64,000 nt of DNA, taken from assembly GCA_039000425.1 (NCBI GenBank), contig JAWBPV010000001.1:38-64037 (forward strand), given 5' to 3'. Each line of letters opens with the position of its first letter. Within the stretch, counting starts at the first letter, position 1. Under the pieces are notes generated by a model. That model was not told where the DNA came from. It worked only from the letters and a program-made list of their open reading frames with translations, and ran no database searches. The position numbers and the translations under genes are program-made. This document shows, one piece after another, positions 55,720-64,000 of this stretch. This DNA comes from Candidatus Aenigmatarchaeota archaeon. GTDB taxonomy: Archaea > Aenigmatarchaeota > Aenigmatarchaeia > CG10238-14 > SCSR01.

Positions 55720-57414
55720 TTAACCACTTTTTCCCTGACTTTCGAACAATCTTTTAATCCTATCCAAAGTATCGGCTTCTTCTGGAGATTTATCCGCAGT
55801 TCTATCTCTTATGAATCTTGGAAATCTTAGGGCAAAACCAGACTCGTAATTTGGTGATCTTTGAATTTCTTGATAACCAACCTCAATCACTATCTTTGGT
55901 TTAACTTTAACTGTTTTTCCCTTTTCTTCTACTATCAAAGGCTTCAACATTTCTGTCATCCTTTCATATTCTTCCTCCGTTAAGCCTGTTGACATCATCC
56001 CACATCTTAAAAGTTTTCCTGTATCGGGATCCCTACAAGCTAACTCAAAACTCGTCAACCATTTAGCTCTCGAGCCTTCTCCCCAACTAGCACCAACCAC
56101 AACTAAATCCAAAGTTTCCATTATAGGTTTTATTTTATACCAACCACCGACATGTCTACCAAAAACATAAGGTGAATTTAATACTTTCAAAAAAATTCCT
56201 TCTTGCTTAGCATCTAAAGCTTCTTTGTAAAATCTTTCCAACTCTTTAACATCATCACTTATTATTTGTTTAGCCAGCTGGAATTTTCCTTCAACCACTT
56301 TCACTATTCTCTCAAGAATTTTTCTTCTTTCAAAGAAAGGTTTATCCAAAAGCATCTCTCCCTCAAGATAAAGTATATCAAACAAGTTTAGTTGAACTGG
56401 GATTTCTTTCACCATTTTTTCTATATCGTATTTCCTATGTATTCTCTGCGATAGTACTTGAAATGGTAAAGGTGAACCTGTCTTTGGGTTTATAGCCAAT
56501 GCTTCCCCTTCAACTATACATTCCTTAGCTTTCAAAAATTTCCTACAAAGTTCGACCAGATCTGGAAACTGTTTAGTAACATCTTCCAATCTTCTCGTGA
56601 AAATCCAAATATCATCTCCTTTTTTATGAATTTCGGCTCTCATCCCATCGTACTTATACTCTGCTGAAACTTTCCCGAATTCTTTAACAACTTCCTCTAT
56701 ACTTTCCGCTTTTTCTCCCAGCATTACTTGTATCGGCCTTCCAAGCTCAACTTTCACCCTTCTTAAACCATCTATACCCTTTTCTTTCGCGATCTTAGCA
56801 ACTTCTGAGAAATCTGATAATATGTTCCAAGCGTAATCAACTGCAGAAGTTGCCACTTCTTTATCCTCTTCTGCCAAGAAAGCTTGAACTATTGCATCCC
56901 TTATCAAACCTTCAGCAACTCCAACCCTTAATTCACCGAGTATAGTTCTAACTATGTACCTAGCTTCTTTTGGTTTTGCTGAAACCAGAAGCTCAACTAT
57001 TAGGTTCAATTTTCTTTCTTGTGAACCTTCTCCTGTTATAGTTGCGAGCTTCCTCAAATTTTCAAAGACATTATCCACTGTTAATTTTTTCTTCAACAAA
57101 GTGACTTGCTTCTTCTCTTTAATAAGTTCCTCGGCCACTAAACCCAGATCTCCTAATTTCGCGAATTTCTTCTCAACTTCTTCAGGTTTGAAGCCTGTAG
57201 CTTTTGAAATAGCCCTTATCATCATTTGCGTCGCTATTCCGAGCTCTAACTGCATGTATTTAGGGTAAACTATACTCTGAACCAACAACACAACTTTAGG
57301 CAATTCCTCACTGCCAGCATTTTTAAAAAGTTCTGCCAGTATCTCAGTTTTCTTCAATTTTGATGAAACGTTTTCCAATTTTTCGTAATAATCTACTAAA
57401 ACCGAATAATCCAT
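55720..57414 (-). CDS. lig: ATP-dependent DNA ligase
   Basis: KxDG adenylation motif (EYKYDGMR), DNA-binding, adenylation and OB domains; 564 aa. Confidence 0.9.
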   Translation of the reverse strand: MDYSVLVDYYEKLENVSSKLKKTEILAELFKNAGSEELPKVVLLVQSIVYPKYMQLELGIATQMMIRAISKATGFKPEEVEKKFAKLGDLGLVAEELIKEKKQVTLLKKKLTVDNVFENLRKLATITGEGSQERKLNLIVELLVSAKPKEARYIVRTILGELRVGVAEGLIRDAIVQAFLAEEDKEVATSAVDYAWNILSDFSEVAKIAKEKGIDGLRRVKVELGRPIQVMLGEKAESIEEVVKEFGKVSAEYKYDGMRAEIHKKGDDIWIFTRRLEDVTKQFPDLVELCRKFLKAKECIVEGEALAINPKTGSPLPFQVLSQRIHRKYDIEKMVKEIPVQLNLFDILYLEGEMLLDKPFFERRKILERIVKVVEGKFQLAKQIISDDVKELERFYKEALDAKQEGIFLKVLNSPYVFGRHVGGWYKIKPIMETLDLVVVGASWGEGSRAKWLTSFELACRDPDTGKLLRCGMMSTGLTEEEYERMTEMLKPLIVEEKGKTVKVKPKIVIEVGYQEIQRSPNYESGFALRFPRFIRDRTADKSPEEADTLDRIKRLFESQGKSG

Positions 57415-57457
57415 CTCATCAACATTTTAATAGTCGCTCTTTCTATAATTATGTTTT

Positions 57458-57613
57458 ATGGTTAGGAAAGAATGGCATTTCGGCTTATGTGAAAGTTGTC
57501 TTAAAAATTCTCATCAAGAGATAAAGATGATAAAGATTTCTTTAACTTCTGACGAAGGAAAAACTGTAGAAATGTGGTGCTGCCCTGTTTGTGGGGCAAC
57601 CAAAAGACTTTAA
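57458..57613 (+). CDS. Possible small zinc-ribbon protein (51 aa)
   Basis: Hand-translated MVRKEWHFGLCESCLKNSHQEIKMIKISLTSDEGKTVEMWCCPVCGATKRL; CxxC...CxxC pairs; not in ORF track. Confidence 0.25.
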   Translation: MVRKEWHFGLCESCLKNSHQEIKMIKISLTSDEGKTVEMWCCPVCGATKRL

Positions 57614-57644
57614 TTGTTCAAATCAGAAGTTTAAATAGAGAAAG

Positions 57645-58277
57645 ATGAATATTTTTGACGCTATAGTCGGTAGAAAAGAAGTTGTTAAGTTTAAAAAAGA
57701 TCTTGTTGATGATAAACTGATCGGTGTTATGTTGTACATGGCAACTCATGCTCATTCTGCTGGTGATATGCAAGAGTGGAACTTCATAGTTGTGAAAGAT
57801 GAGGAGAAAAAGAGGAAGTTGTACGAAGCTGCATTAGAACATCGTCTACTCAAAGAAGCTCCTGTGGTTATCGTTGTTTGTGCTGATATAGGGAAAGCTA
57901 GTTTGAGATATCAAAAAAGGGGGGAAGTTTTTTACGCTATCCAAGATACAGCTGCAGCTACCATGCTCATATTAGTTACCGCAAACGCTTTGGGGTTAGG
58001 AGCTGTGTGGATAGGATCTTTTGATGAGGAAAAGGTGAGAGACGTGCTCTACATTCCTGATAACATCAGACCCGTTGCTATGGTAGCGGTTGGTTTTGTT
58101 GAAGAATTTGTTGAAAGAAAAGAAAGAATATCTTTCGATAACTTAACTTGGTGTGACGTTTACGGAAAAAAGTATGATATTTCCTATATTTTCCAACCCG
58201 GGGCAAAAAAAGAGGTTGAATTAAAACCTATCGGGAATTTGTTGGAAGATTGGATCAAGAAAATGAGGAAAAAATGA
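57645..58277 (+). CDS. Nitroreductase-family flavoprotein
   Basis: Nitroreductase fold signature (AAQNMLLAA-like region ATMLILVTANALGLGAVWIG), ~210 aa. Confidence 0.65.
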   Translation: MNIFDAIVGRKEVVKFKKDLVDDKLIGVMLYMATHAHSAGDMQEWNFIVVKDEEKKRKLYEAALEHRLLKEAPVVIVVCADIGKASLRYQKRGEVFYAIQDTAAATMLILVTANALGLGAVWIGSFDEEKVRDVLYIPDNIRPVAMVAVGFVEEFVERKERISFDNLTWCDVYGKKYDISYIFQPGAKKEVELKPIGNLLEDWIKKMRKK

Positions 58278-58313
58278 TTAAACTGTTTTAAATTTAAAAA
58301 CCATATTTATATT

Positions 58314-59768
58314 GTGAACGAAATGTGGAAAATAATTTTAAAATTCCTCTTCATATCTCTATTCCTAATTCCAGCTTGTGTTGTTGCTGTAGGAGTCGAT
58401 GTAAGTTTAAGTAAAAACTCCTTAAGCATTTATACATCAGAAAACGAAACTTTGGAGATAACCGTAAAGAACATGCAAAATATTGCTGACAGCTTTTCGA
58501 TTTCAGTTTTTCCACCCCATCCAGGAATCCTCACGTCCTTGGAAAAATATTATGTGACACTGAACCCAGGAGAAAGTGAAAAAGTGAAAATTCATTTCAA
58601 AGTAGCTGAATGTTCTGAAGAAAAATCTTTTTATTTCTTCATAACAGTTGGGTCTTTAACTAATCGTGAGGTTTCCGATTCAGAGTTATTAATCTTAGAT
58701 GTTATGAGAAGACATGGTATCTGTATTTATAGCTTCAATTTGAGTGAAACAAAAGTTTATCCAGGATCTAACATCTCGATAGAAGTAACCTTAATGAACC
58801 CTTCTGAAAGTGTATCTCAACCCGTTTATCTAGAAACCACAATACTCTTCAAAAATGAAATTATAAAGAAGTTTCAAAATTACGTAGAAGCTGTTGGGGG
58901 AAAAGGAATCGAAACAGTGAAAAATATTTTAGAAATAAGTAAATATCAAGATCCTGGAAAATACACCGTTGAAATTCTGCTGAAAGATAAGTATGGTTTG
59001 ATTTTAACCAGAAAAGAAACGGAATTTGCTATTTTGACTTTAAACGCTAGTGAAAAAACAGAATTTTTACCTATCTCCAAAAAAATCAATTATGGTTTAC
59101 TGTCACAAACCGTTGAAATAGTGGTGAGGAATGAAGGAAATGTCCCGATTGAAAATTTCTACTTATCAGAACGAATTCCAGTCTTCATGAAAGTTTTCTT
59201 CTTCCCATCAGAAAAACCAAATTTTGAAGAAACAAAAGAAAGTATGGTTATTTATTATTGGCACATACCTTACCTAGCTCCAGGATCTTCTTACACAATA
59301 AGCTATCAAATAAGCACTTTGAACGCTGTTTTAATAGCGATTGTTCTCATAATTGTGATAGTATACAGTTTTACTCGTACGTTCAGTATTCGTTTGATAA
59401 AAAGACATGTAGTTGAAGGACCTTTAACTAAAGAGAAAGAAATAACGATAATGCTCGAAGTTAGGAACAGAACAAGACATGAAATAAAGGATGTGATAGT
59501 TAGGGACTTTGTACCAAGTATGGCCACAGTCGTTGAAAAATTCGACACGTTAAGACCAACTTTGAGAAGAGTTGCAAATGGCACGGAACTTGTTTGGAAA
59601 ATACCTTCATTGGCTCCTGGTGACGAGAGGGTATTAACTTACAGGATTAAGCCGATTTTGGAAATAGTAGGTAAATTAAGACTTCCTAAAGCATACATGA
59701 AGTTCATGGATAAGAAGAAAGAAGTGAGGAAAGTATTATCTAAATCTGCTTATATAAAAGCTGGATAA
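58314..59768 (+). CDS. Surface/membrane protein with signal peptide, extracellular domain, single TM helix and C-terminal cytoplasmic beta-rich domain
   Basis: Signal peptide, N-glyc sequons, internal TM (AVLIAIVLIIVIVYSF), C-terminal DUF11/CARDB-like repeat region. Confidence 0.35.
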   Translation: MNEMWKIILKFLFISLFLIPACVVAVGVDVSLSKNSLSIYTSENETLEITVKNMQNIADSFSISVFPPHPGILTSLEKYYVTLNPGESEKVKIHFKVAECSEEKSFYFFITVGSLTNREVSDSELLILDVMRRHGICIYSFNLSETKVYPGSNISIEVTLMNPSESVSQPVYLETTILFKNEIIKKFQNYVEAVGGKGIETVKNILEISKYQDPGKYTVEILLKDKYGLILTRKETEFAILTLNASEKTEFLPISKKINYGLLSQTVEIVVRNEGNVPIENFYLSERIPVFMKVFFFPSEKPNFEETKESMVIYYWHIPYLAPGSSYTISYQISTLNAVLIAIVLIIVIVYSFTRTFSIRLIKRHVVEGPLTKEKEITIMLEVRNRTRHEIKDVIVRDFVPSMATVVEKFDTLRPTLRRVANGTELVWKIPSLAPGDERVLTYRIKPILEIVGKLRLPKAYMKFMDKKKEVRKVLSKSAYIKAG

Positions 59769-59796
59769 GCTGGATAAATTTTTTATATTAAAATTC

Positions 59797-59807
59797 TTTT
59801 TTTTTTT
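59797..59807 (+). terminator. Oligo-T tract (11 T) downstream of 58314..59768, candidate archaeal intrinsic terminator
   Basis: Uninterrupted T11 run 29 nt after the stop codon and 7 nt before tRNA-Tyr. Confidence 0.4.
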
Positions 59808-59813
59808 AATTAT

Positions 59814-59927
59814 CCCCGGATAGCTCAACGGTAGAGCAACCGGCTGTAGCCGAGTGCTTTGGTACTTGGTGTCAGCAGTTGCTCCTCAGATACCGGTGGG
59901 TTGCTGGTTCGAATCCGGCTCCGGGGA
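59814..59927 (+). tRNA. tRNA-Tyr (anticodon GTA) with ~42-nt intron
   Basis: Acceptor CCCCGGA/TCCGGGG, D-arm GCTC-AACGGTA-GAGC, anticodon stem ACCGG/CCGGT separated by loop CTGTAG + 42-nt insert, T-arm GCTGG-TTCGAAT-CCGGC, discriminator A. Confidence 0.7.
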
Positions 59928-60096
59928 CTTTTAGAAAAGTTTATTAGGTAGAGAAAAACAAATTAAATCGGTGGAAAAATTGGCAAAGAAAAAGGGTAAG
60001 AAACCTTGCAAACCTTGTTGAATTTTTTCCCGTTTTTTTTAATTTTTTACAATTCCTATACTTAATTTAATATCGACGCTAATTATATTATCAGAA

Positions 60097-60169
60097 GCCT
60101 CGGTCGTCTAGCGGTCTAGGATGCAAGCCTGTCACGCTTGAGACACGGGTTCGAATCCCGTCCGAGGCG
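60097..60169 (+). tRNA. tRNA-Asp (anticodon GTC)
   Basis: Acceptor GCCTCGG/CCGAGGC, anticodon arm CAAGC-CTGTCAC-GCTTG, T-arm ACGGG-TTCGAAT-CCCGT, discriminator G; no intron. Confidence 0.8.
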
Positions 60170-60199
60170 CACTTCAATTTCTAAATTTAAAATATAATT

Positions 60200-60649
60200 A
60201 TGAAATTGGTCAGTGCTTGTTTTCTTGGAATAAAGTGTAAGTGGAATGGAAAAAGTAAGCCTAATAGAAAAGTTATTACTCTTTCCAAAAAAGAAGTTTT
60301 GATACCGGTTTGTCCTGAGCAGCTTGGTGGCTTGCCAACACCAAGAAAACCTTCTGGTATTTTTGGTGGTACTGGTGAAGATGTTTTAGATGGAAAAGCT
60401 AGAGTGAAAACAAAAGATGGAGATGACGTGACTGAATTTTTCATCAAAGGTGCTGAAGAGACTCTTAAAATTGCAAAACTGTTTGGAATAAAAGAGGCTG
60501 TATTAAAGCAGGGAAGCCCTTCTTGTGGTTGTGGAAGAACATATAGACTTGATGAAAAATTAAGAAATAAAAAAGTTAGTGGGAACGGTGTAACTGCTGC
60601 CTTGCTCAAAAGGTATGGTATAAAGGTTAAATCCCAAGAAGAGCTTTAA
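60200..60649 (+). CDS. DUF523-family protein (TudS-like, putative [4Fe-4S] thiouracil desulfidase family)
   Basis: MKLVSACFLGIKCKWNG...IPVCPEQLGGLPTP...GSPSCGCG: three conserved Cys positions of DUF523. Confidence 0.5.
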   Translation: MKLVSACFLGIKCKWNGKSKPNRKVITLSKKEVLIPVCPEQLGGLPTPRKPSGIFGGTGEDVLDGKARVKTKDGDDVTEFFIKGAEETLKIAKLFGIKEAVLKQGSPSCGCGRTYRLDEKLRNKKVSGNGVTAALLKRYGIKVKSQEEL

Positions 60650-60682
60650 AGTGTTACTACCGTCAAATTTAAAAAGATAAAT

Positions 60683-60692
60683 ATAGGTAAGT
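60683..60692 (+). promoter_or_regulatory. Putative TATA box (TTTAAAAATA) upstream of 5S rRNA
   Basis: A/T box ~15-25 nt upstream of the predicted 5S 5' end; inferred only. Confidence 0.3.
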
Positions 60693-60705
60693 TTAAAAAT
60701 ATATT

Positions 60706-60825
60706 TGTTGGCGACCAAAGCGGGAGGGAAACATCCGTTCCCATCCGAACACGGTAATTAAGCCTCCCAGCGATCTGGGGTGTACTCTGCAGAAGCAGGG
60801 GAATTCCAGGACGTCGCCAACGTTT
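60706..60825 (+). rRNA. rrf: 5S ribosomal RNA
   Basis: Helix I GTTGGCGAC...GTCGCCAAC closure, conserved loop C/E-like CCGAACACGG and GGGAATTCCAGG segments; GC-rich island in AT-rich context. Confidence 0.8.
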
Positions 60826-60908
60826 AAAAAACCGGTGTCGATCTGAAGGAAAAAATTTATAAAATAAAGTTGATAAACTTTCCTTATTAATCGCTATGGG
60901 GTGAGGAA

Positions 60909-61148
60909 TTGAAAAAAATAGATATAGAAAAACATCAACTTGTACCAAAACATATAATTTTAACTGAAGAAGAAAAAGCTGAACTTTTGAAGAAATATAA
61001 AGTTAGTTTAAGACAACTTCCTAAGATATTGATAAACGATCCTGCAATAGCAGACAAGAATCCAAAAGTTGGTGATGTTGTTAAGATAATAAGGAAAAGT
61101 CCGGTTGCTGGTGAGTCTGTTTATTACAGAGTTGTTGTTAAGGGTTGA
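60909..61148 (+). CDS. rpoH: RNA polymerase subunit Rpo5/H
   Basis: HQLVPKHIILTEEE...LPKILINDP...GDVVKIIRKSPVAGESVYYRVVV matches RpoH; apparent TTG start; directly upstream of rpoB''. Confidence 0.8.
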   Translation: MKKIDIEKHQLVPKHIILTEEEKAELLKKYKVSLRQLPKILINDPAIADKNPKVGDVVKIIRKSPVAGESVYYRVVVKG

Positions 61149-61151
61149 AAC

Positions 61152-62636
61152 ATGGACTCAACATTCCTAACGCTTTTAGACGCTTTTGTAAGAGAAAGGG
61201 GATTTGTTAGATTTCAAATCGATTCATACAACGATTTCATAACTAAAAGAATACCGAAAGTTTTGAAGGAAATTGGTGTGATTAAACCCGAAGTTCCTGA
61301 ATTAGGTGAATTCAAGATCAAACTTGGGAATTTTAAGATTGGTGACCCTTGTGTTAAAGAGGCTGATGGATCGGTAAGACCCATAACTCCACAAGAAGCT
61401 AGGATAAGAAACCTAACTTATGCAGCTCCAATGTACGTTGAAATGACACCGGTTTTGAACAACATAGAAAGCAATACTGTTGTGGTGAATTTTGGTGATA
61501 TACCTGTAATGCTAAAATCAAAAATTTGTCCATTATCAACTATGAGTAGAGAGGAATTAATAGCAATAGGTGAAGATCCTGACGATCCTGGAGGATATTT
61601 CATCGTAAACGGAACCGAAAGGATCTTGGTTCTAGTTGAAGAAATAGCCCAAAATAGGATAATCGTGGAAAAAGTTGATACGGGTGGTGTAACAGAAGTC
61701 GCAAGAATTCATTCCGAAAAAGACGGTTACATCCAAAGACATCTACTAGAGAGGAAAAGTAGTGGCATCATAACTATAACATTCGCTAACGTGGAGAAGA
61801 TGCCTGTAGCTATAATTCTCAAAGCTTTGGGCTTAGAATCTGATAAGGAAATAGTTACCGTTATTTCTGAAGATAAAGATGTTCAAGAAGAATTCTATTC
61901 AAACCTTTTCGAATTAGAAATAACCTCGAAACAAGAAGCTTTGGAAGAAATAGGGAAACATGTTAAAATAGCTCAAGCCGAAAGCAGAAGTGAAAGAGCA
62001 ACTAAGATAATAGATAAGTATCTATTACCACATCTCGGTCAAACCCCTGATGCAAGAATCCATAAAGCATATTTCCTTTGCAAGGCCATAGGCAAACTCA
62101 TAAAGTTACATCTTGGAAAAATAGAAGAAGACGACCTCGATCATTATTCAAACAAAAGGATAAGGTTAGCTGGAGATTTGTTAGAAATTCTATTACGTTC
62201 CATACTTCTTGGAAAATGGGGGTTAATCACTAGGATAACTTACAATTATCAGAAACTAGCAAAAAGGGGTAGGATTCCTCCTTTGCAAGCTATAGTTGAA
62301 TCAAACGTACTCACAAACCAAATAGTTTCTGCTTTGGCAATAGGTACATGGGTTGGTGGTAGGACTGGTGTAAGTCAAAGGTTAGAAAGAGGTAGTTTCG
62401 TTAAAACTATCTCACACATGAGGAATGTTCTTTCCCCCTTAACTTCAACTCAAGAACATTTCAGTGCAAGAGAGCTTCATCCAACCCACTTCGGAAAATT
62501 GTGCACCAGCGAAACTCCTGAAGGTGCAACTATAGGATTGAGGAAATATTTAGCTATAATGGCTGAGATCACAAAGGGCTTGGATGAAAGAGAGAGAAAG
62601 AATTTTTTGTCATTGATTGAGAAGAAGGTGATGTAA
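61152..62636 (+). CDS. rpoB2: RNA polymerase subunit B'' (Rpo2N, N-terminal part of split RpoB)
   Basis: RpoB N-terminal lobe/protrusion/fork regions; ends with 1-nt overlap (TAATG) into B' gene. Confidence 0.9.
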   Translation: MDSTFLTLLDAFVRERGFVRFQIDSYNDFITKRIPKVLKEIGVIKPEVPELGEFKIKLGNFKIGDPCVKEADGSVRPITPQEARIRNLTYAAPMYVEMTPVLNNIESNTVVVNFGDIPVMLKSKICPLSTMSREELIAIGEDPDDPGGYFIVNGTERILVLVEEIAQNRIIVEKVDTGGVTEVARIHSEKDGYIQRHLLERKSSGIITITFANVEKMPVAIILKALGLESDKEIVTVISEDKDVQEEFYSNLFELEITSKQEALEEIGKHVKIAQAESRSERATKIIDKYLLPHLGQTPDARIHKAYFLCKAIGKLIKLHLGKIEEDDLDHYSNKRIRLAGDLLEILLRSILLGKWGLITRITYNYQKLAKRGRIPPLQAIVESNVLTNQIVSALAIGTWVGGRTGVSQRLERGSFVKTISHMRNVLSPLTSTQEHFSARELHPTHFGKLCTSETPEGATIGLRKYLAIMAEITKGLDERERKNFLSLIEKKVM

Positions 62637-64000
62637 TGGCTGATGTGTTTCTCGACGGAATGTTCATAGGAAAAACGAACAAACCTGAAGAATTTGTCAA
62701 AGAAATAAGGGAAATGAGGAGAAAAGGTTTAATTTCGTATCAAGTTAATGTAGCTTACCATGAATATTTAGATGAAGTTAGAATTTTGACTGATAGCGGT
62801 AGGATAAGAAGGCCTTTGATCATTGTTGAAAATGGAAAACCGAAACTCACACAAGAACATATTCAAAAGATTAAAGCCGGTTTGATGAAATGGGAAGATT
62901 TAATAAACAATGGTATTATAGAGTACCTTGATGCTGAAGAAGAGGAGAATTGTTTAATTGCTTTGAGGGAAGAGGAGCTTACACCAGAACACACGCATTT
63001 GGAAATAAATCCGGCTGTGATTTTGGGATTTTCCACATCTTTTATACCATACCCAGAATTCAACAGAGGAGACAGAGTTAACTATGGGGCAAAAATGATC
63101 GGCCAATCTATGGGTCTTTTTGCCACTAACTACTTGAACAGAGTGGATACAAAATCGAACGTGATGATTTATCCACAAGTACCATTAGTACAAACACATG
63201 CGCACAAAGTTGCTGGTTATGAAAACCATCCAAACGGATGTAATGTAATAGTAGCTGTTGCTTGTTATCAAGGTTATAACATGGAGGATGCTATAATCAT
63301 AAACCAAGCTTCGATTCAAAGAGGAGTTTTCTGGTCTTACATGTTCAGGACCTATGAAGCTGAGCAGAAGAGGTACATGGGTGGTCAAGAAGACATCATA
63401 GGAATACCTGAGCCTGGTGTAAGAGGTTATGCAGGAGAAGATGCTTACAAACATCTTCCAGAAGATGGTATAGTTAATCCTGAAACAGAGGTTGGCTCTG
63501 ATGAAGTTTTGGTTGGTAGAATTTCTCCACTCAGATTCTTGGGAAGTATGGATCAATTCATAACAGGAATAGAAAATATAAGGGAGACTTCAGTTAGACT
63601 AAGACATGGTGATCAGGGTATAGTGGATAAAGTTTACATAACTGAAACTGTTGATGGCACAAAATTAGTTAAAGTAAGGGTAAGAAGTTTAAAAATACCT
63701 GAGATTGGTGATAAATTTGCTAGTAGGCACGGGCAAAAAGGTGTGATAGGATTAGTTTTGCCTCCGGAAGATATGCCATTCACTGAAAGTGGAATAATTC
63801 CTGACATAATATTTGATCCACACGGAATACCTTCTAGGATGACTGTTGGCCAATTATTAGAACCATTAGCAGCTAAGGCTGCAGCTTTATCTGGAAAAAT
63901 AATATATTCCCCAGCCTTCAATCCAACGCCTGAAAAAGAAATAAGGGAAATTTTAAGATCTTACGGCTTCAAAGATGATGGAAAAGAAGTGATGATCGAT
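62636..64000 (+). CDS. rpoB1: RNA polymerase subunit B' (Rpo2C, C-terminal part of split RpoB), truncated by window end
   Basis: RpoB hybrid-binding/wall regions (NYGAKMIGQSMG, CYQGYNMEDAIIIN, GDKFASRHGQKGV); runs off the 3' edge. Confidence 0.9.
   Translation, partial: MADVFLDGMFIGKTNKPEEFVKEIREMRRKGLISYQVNVAYHEYLDEVRILTDSGRIRRPLIIVENGKPKLTQEHIQKIKAGLMKWEDLINNGIIEYLDAEEEENCLIALREEELTPEHTHLEINPAVILGFSTSFIPYPEFNRGDRVNYGAKMIGQSMGLFATNYLNRVDTKSNVMIYPQVPLVQTHAHKVAGYENHPNGCNVIVAVACYQGYNMEDAIIINQASIQRGVFWSYMFRTYEAEQKRYMGGQEDIIGIPEPGVRGYAGEDAYKHLPEDGIVNPETEVGSDEVLVGRISPLRFLGSMDQFITGIENIRETSVRLRHGDQGIVDKVYITETVDGTKLVKVRVRSLKIPEIGDKFASRHGQKGVIGLVLPPEDMPFTESGIIPDIIFDPHGIPSRMTVGQLLEPLAAKAAALSGKIIYSPAFNPTPEKEIREILRSYGFKDDGKEVMID

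Noticed and set aside
59960-60015. Tiny ORF (VEKLAKKKGKKPCKPC, 16 aa) between tRNA-Tyr and tRNA-Asp
   Set aside because: It is too short and has no ATG, so it is probably intergenic noise rather than a micro-protein.
60187-60609. 140-aa ORF antisense to the DUF523 gene
   Set aside because: The plus-strand ORF carries the conserved DUF523 cysteine pattern, and the antisense frame is featureless.
1-64000. CRISPR arrays, IS elements, integrases and rRNA 16S/23S genes
   Set aside because: No direct-repeat arrays, no transposase or integrase-like ORFs, and no large rRNA sequences were seen. The only duplicated element noticed is the 9-nt TAGCGGGGA next to the tRNAi-Met gene.

Overview
This is an AT-rich (~33-35% GC) archaeal chromosomal segment, densely packed with core information-processing genes. 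The combination of a split RpoB (B'' followed by B'), a class I LysRS, archaeal-type ProRS and ThrRS, thermosome, Pus10, aCPSF1/FttA and Orc1/Cdc6 points to a Euryarchaeota- or DPANN-like lineage. I cannot place the organism more precisely from sequence alone.

Main content, in order along the window:
- mre11-rad50, followed by a KaiC-like ATPase.
- proS, psmB and aCPSF1.
- An Epd/Tad-like type IV pilus locus: a VirB11/FlaI-type ATPase, two TadC/FlaJ-like membrane genes, and four prepilin-like genes with Q+1 class III signal peptides.
- thermosome, lysS (class I), an AlaX-like gene and cdc6.
- A surface-glycosylation island: GT2, PMT/ArnT-like GT-C, two further large polytopic membrane proteins and an epimerase.
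- pfdA-ftsY-srp54, then TrmY-like, family II PPase and Pus10.
- rpl21e-rpoF-DUF655, then ef1b with a Zn-ribbon gene.
- Three TrmB-family regulators.
- THEP1 NTPase, rnz and cca.
- carA and carB, thrS, DNA ligase, nitroreductase.
- A 5S rRNA.
- rpoH-rpoB''-rpoB'.
- Seven tRNA genes, five of which appear to carry introns.

Points that deserve a second look:
- An initiator-type tRNA-Met with ~29 extra nucleotides in its D-arm region and a nearby 9-nt duplication.
- A tRNA whose anticodon reads UAU (Ile) once the intron is removed.
- The conserved CarB N-terminal motif lying out of frame upstream of the apparent start.
- Two TadC-like genes separated only by an in-frame TGA, the second starting at TTG.
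- A tight operon of five small unknown ORFs beside the tRNAi-Met.
- A glycosylation island with no recognisable AglB signature.

I saw no CRISPR array, no obvious mobile element and no 16S or 23S rRNA.
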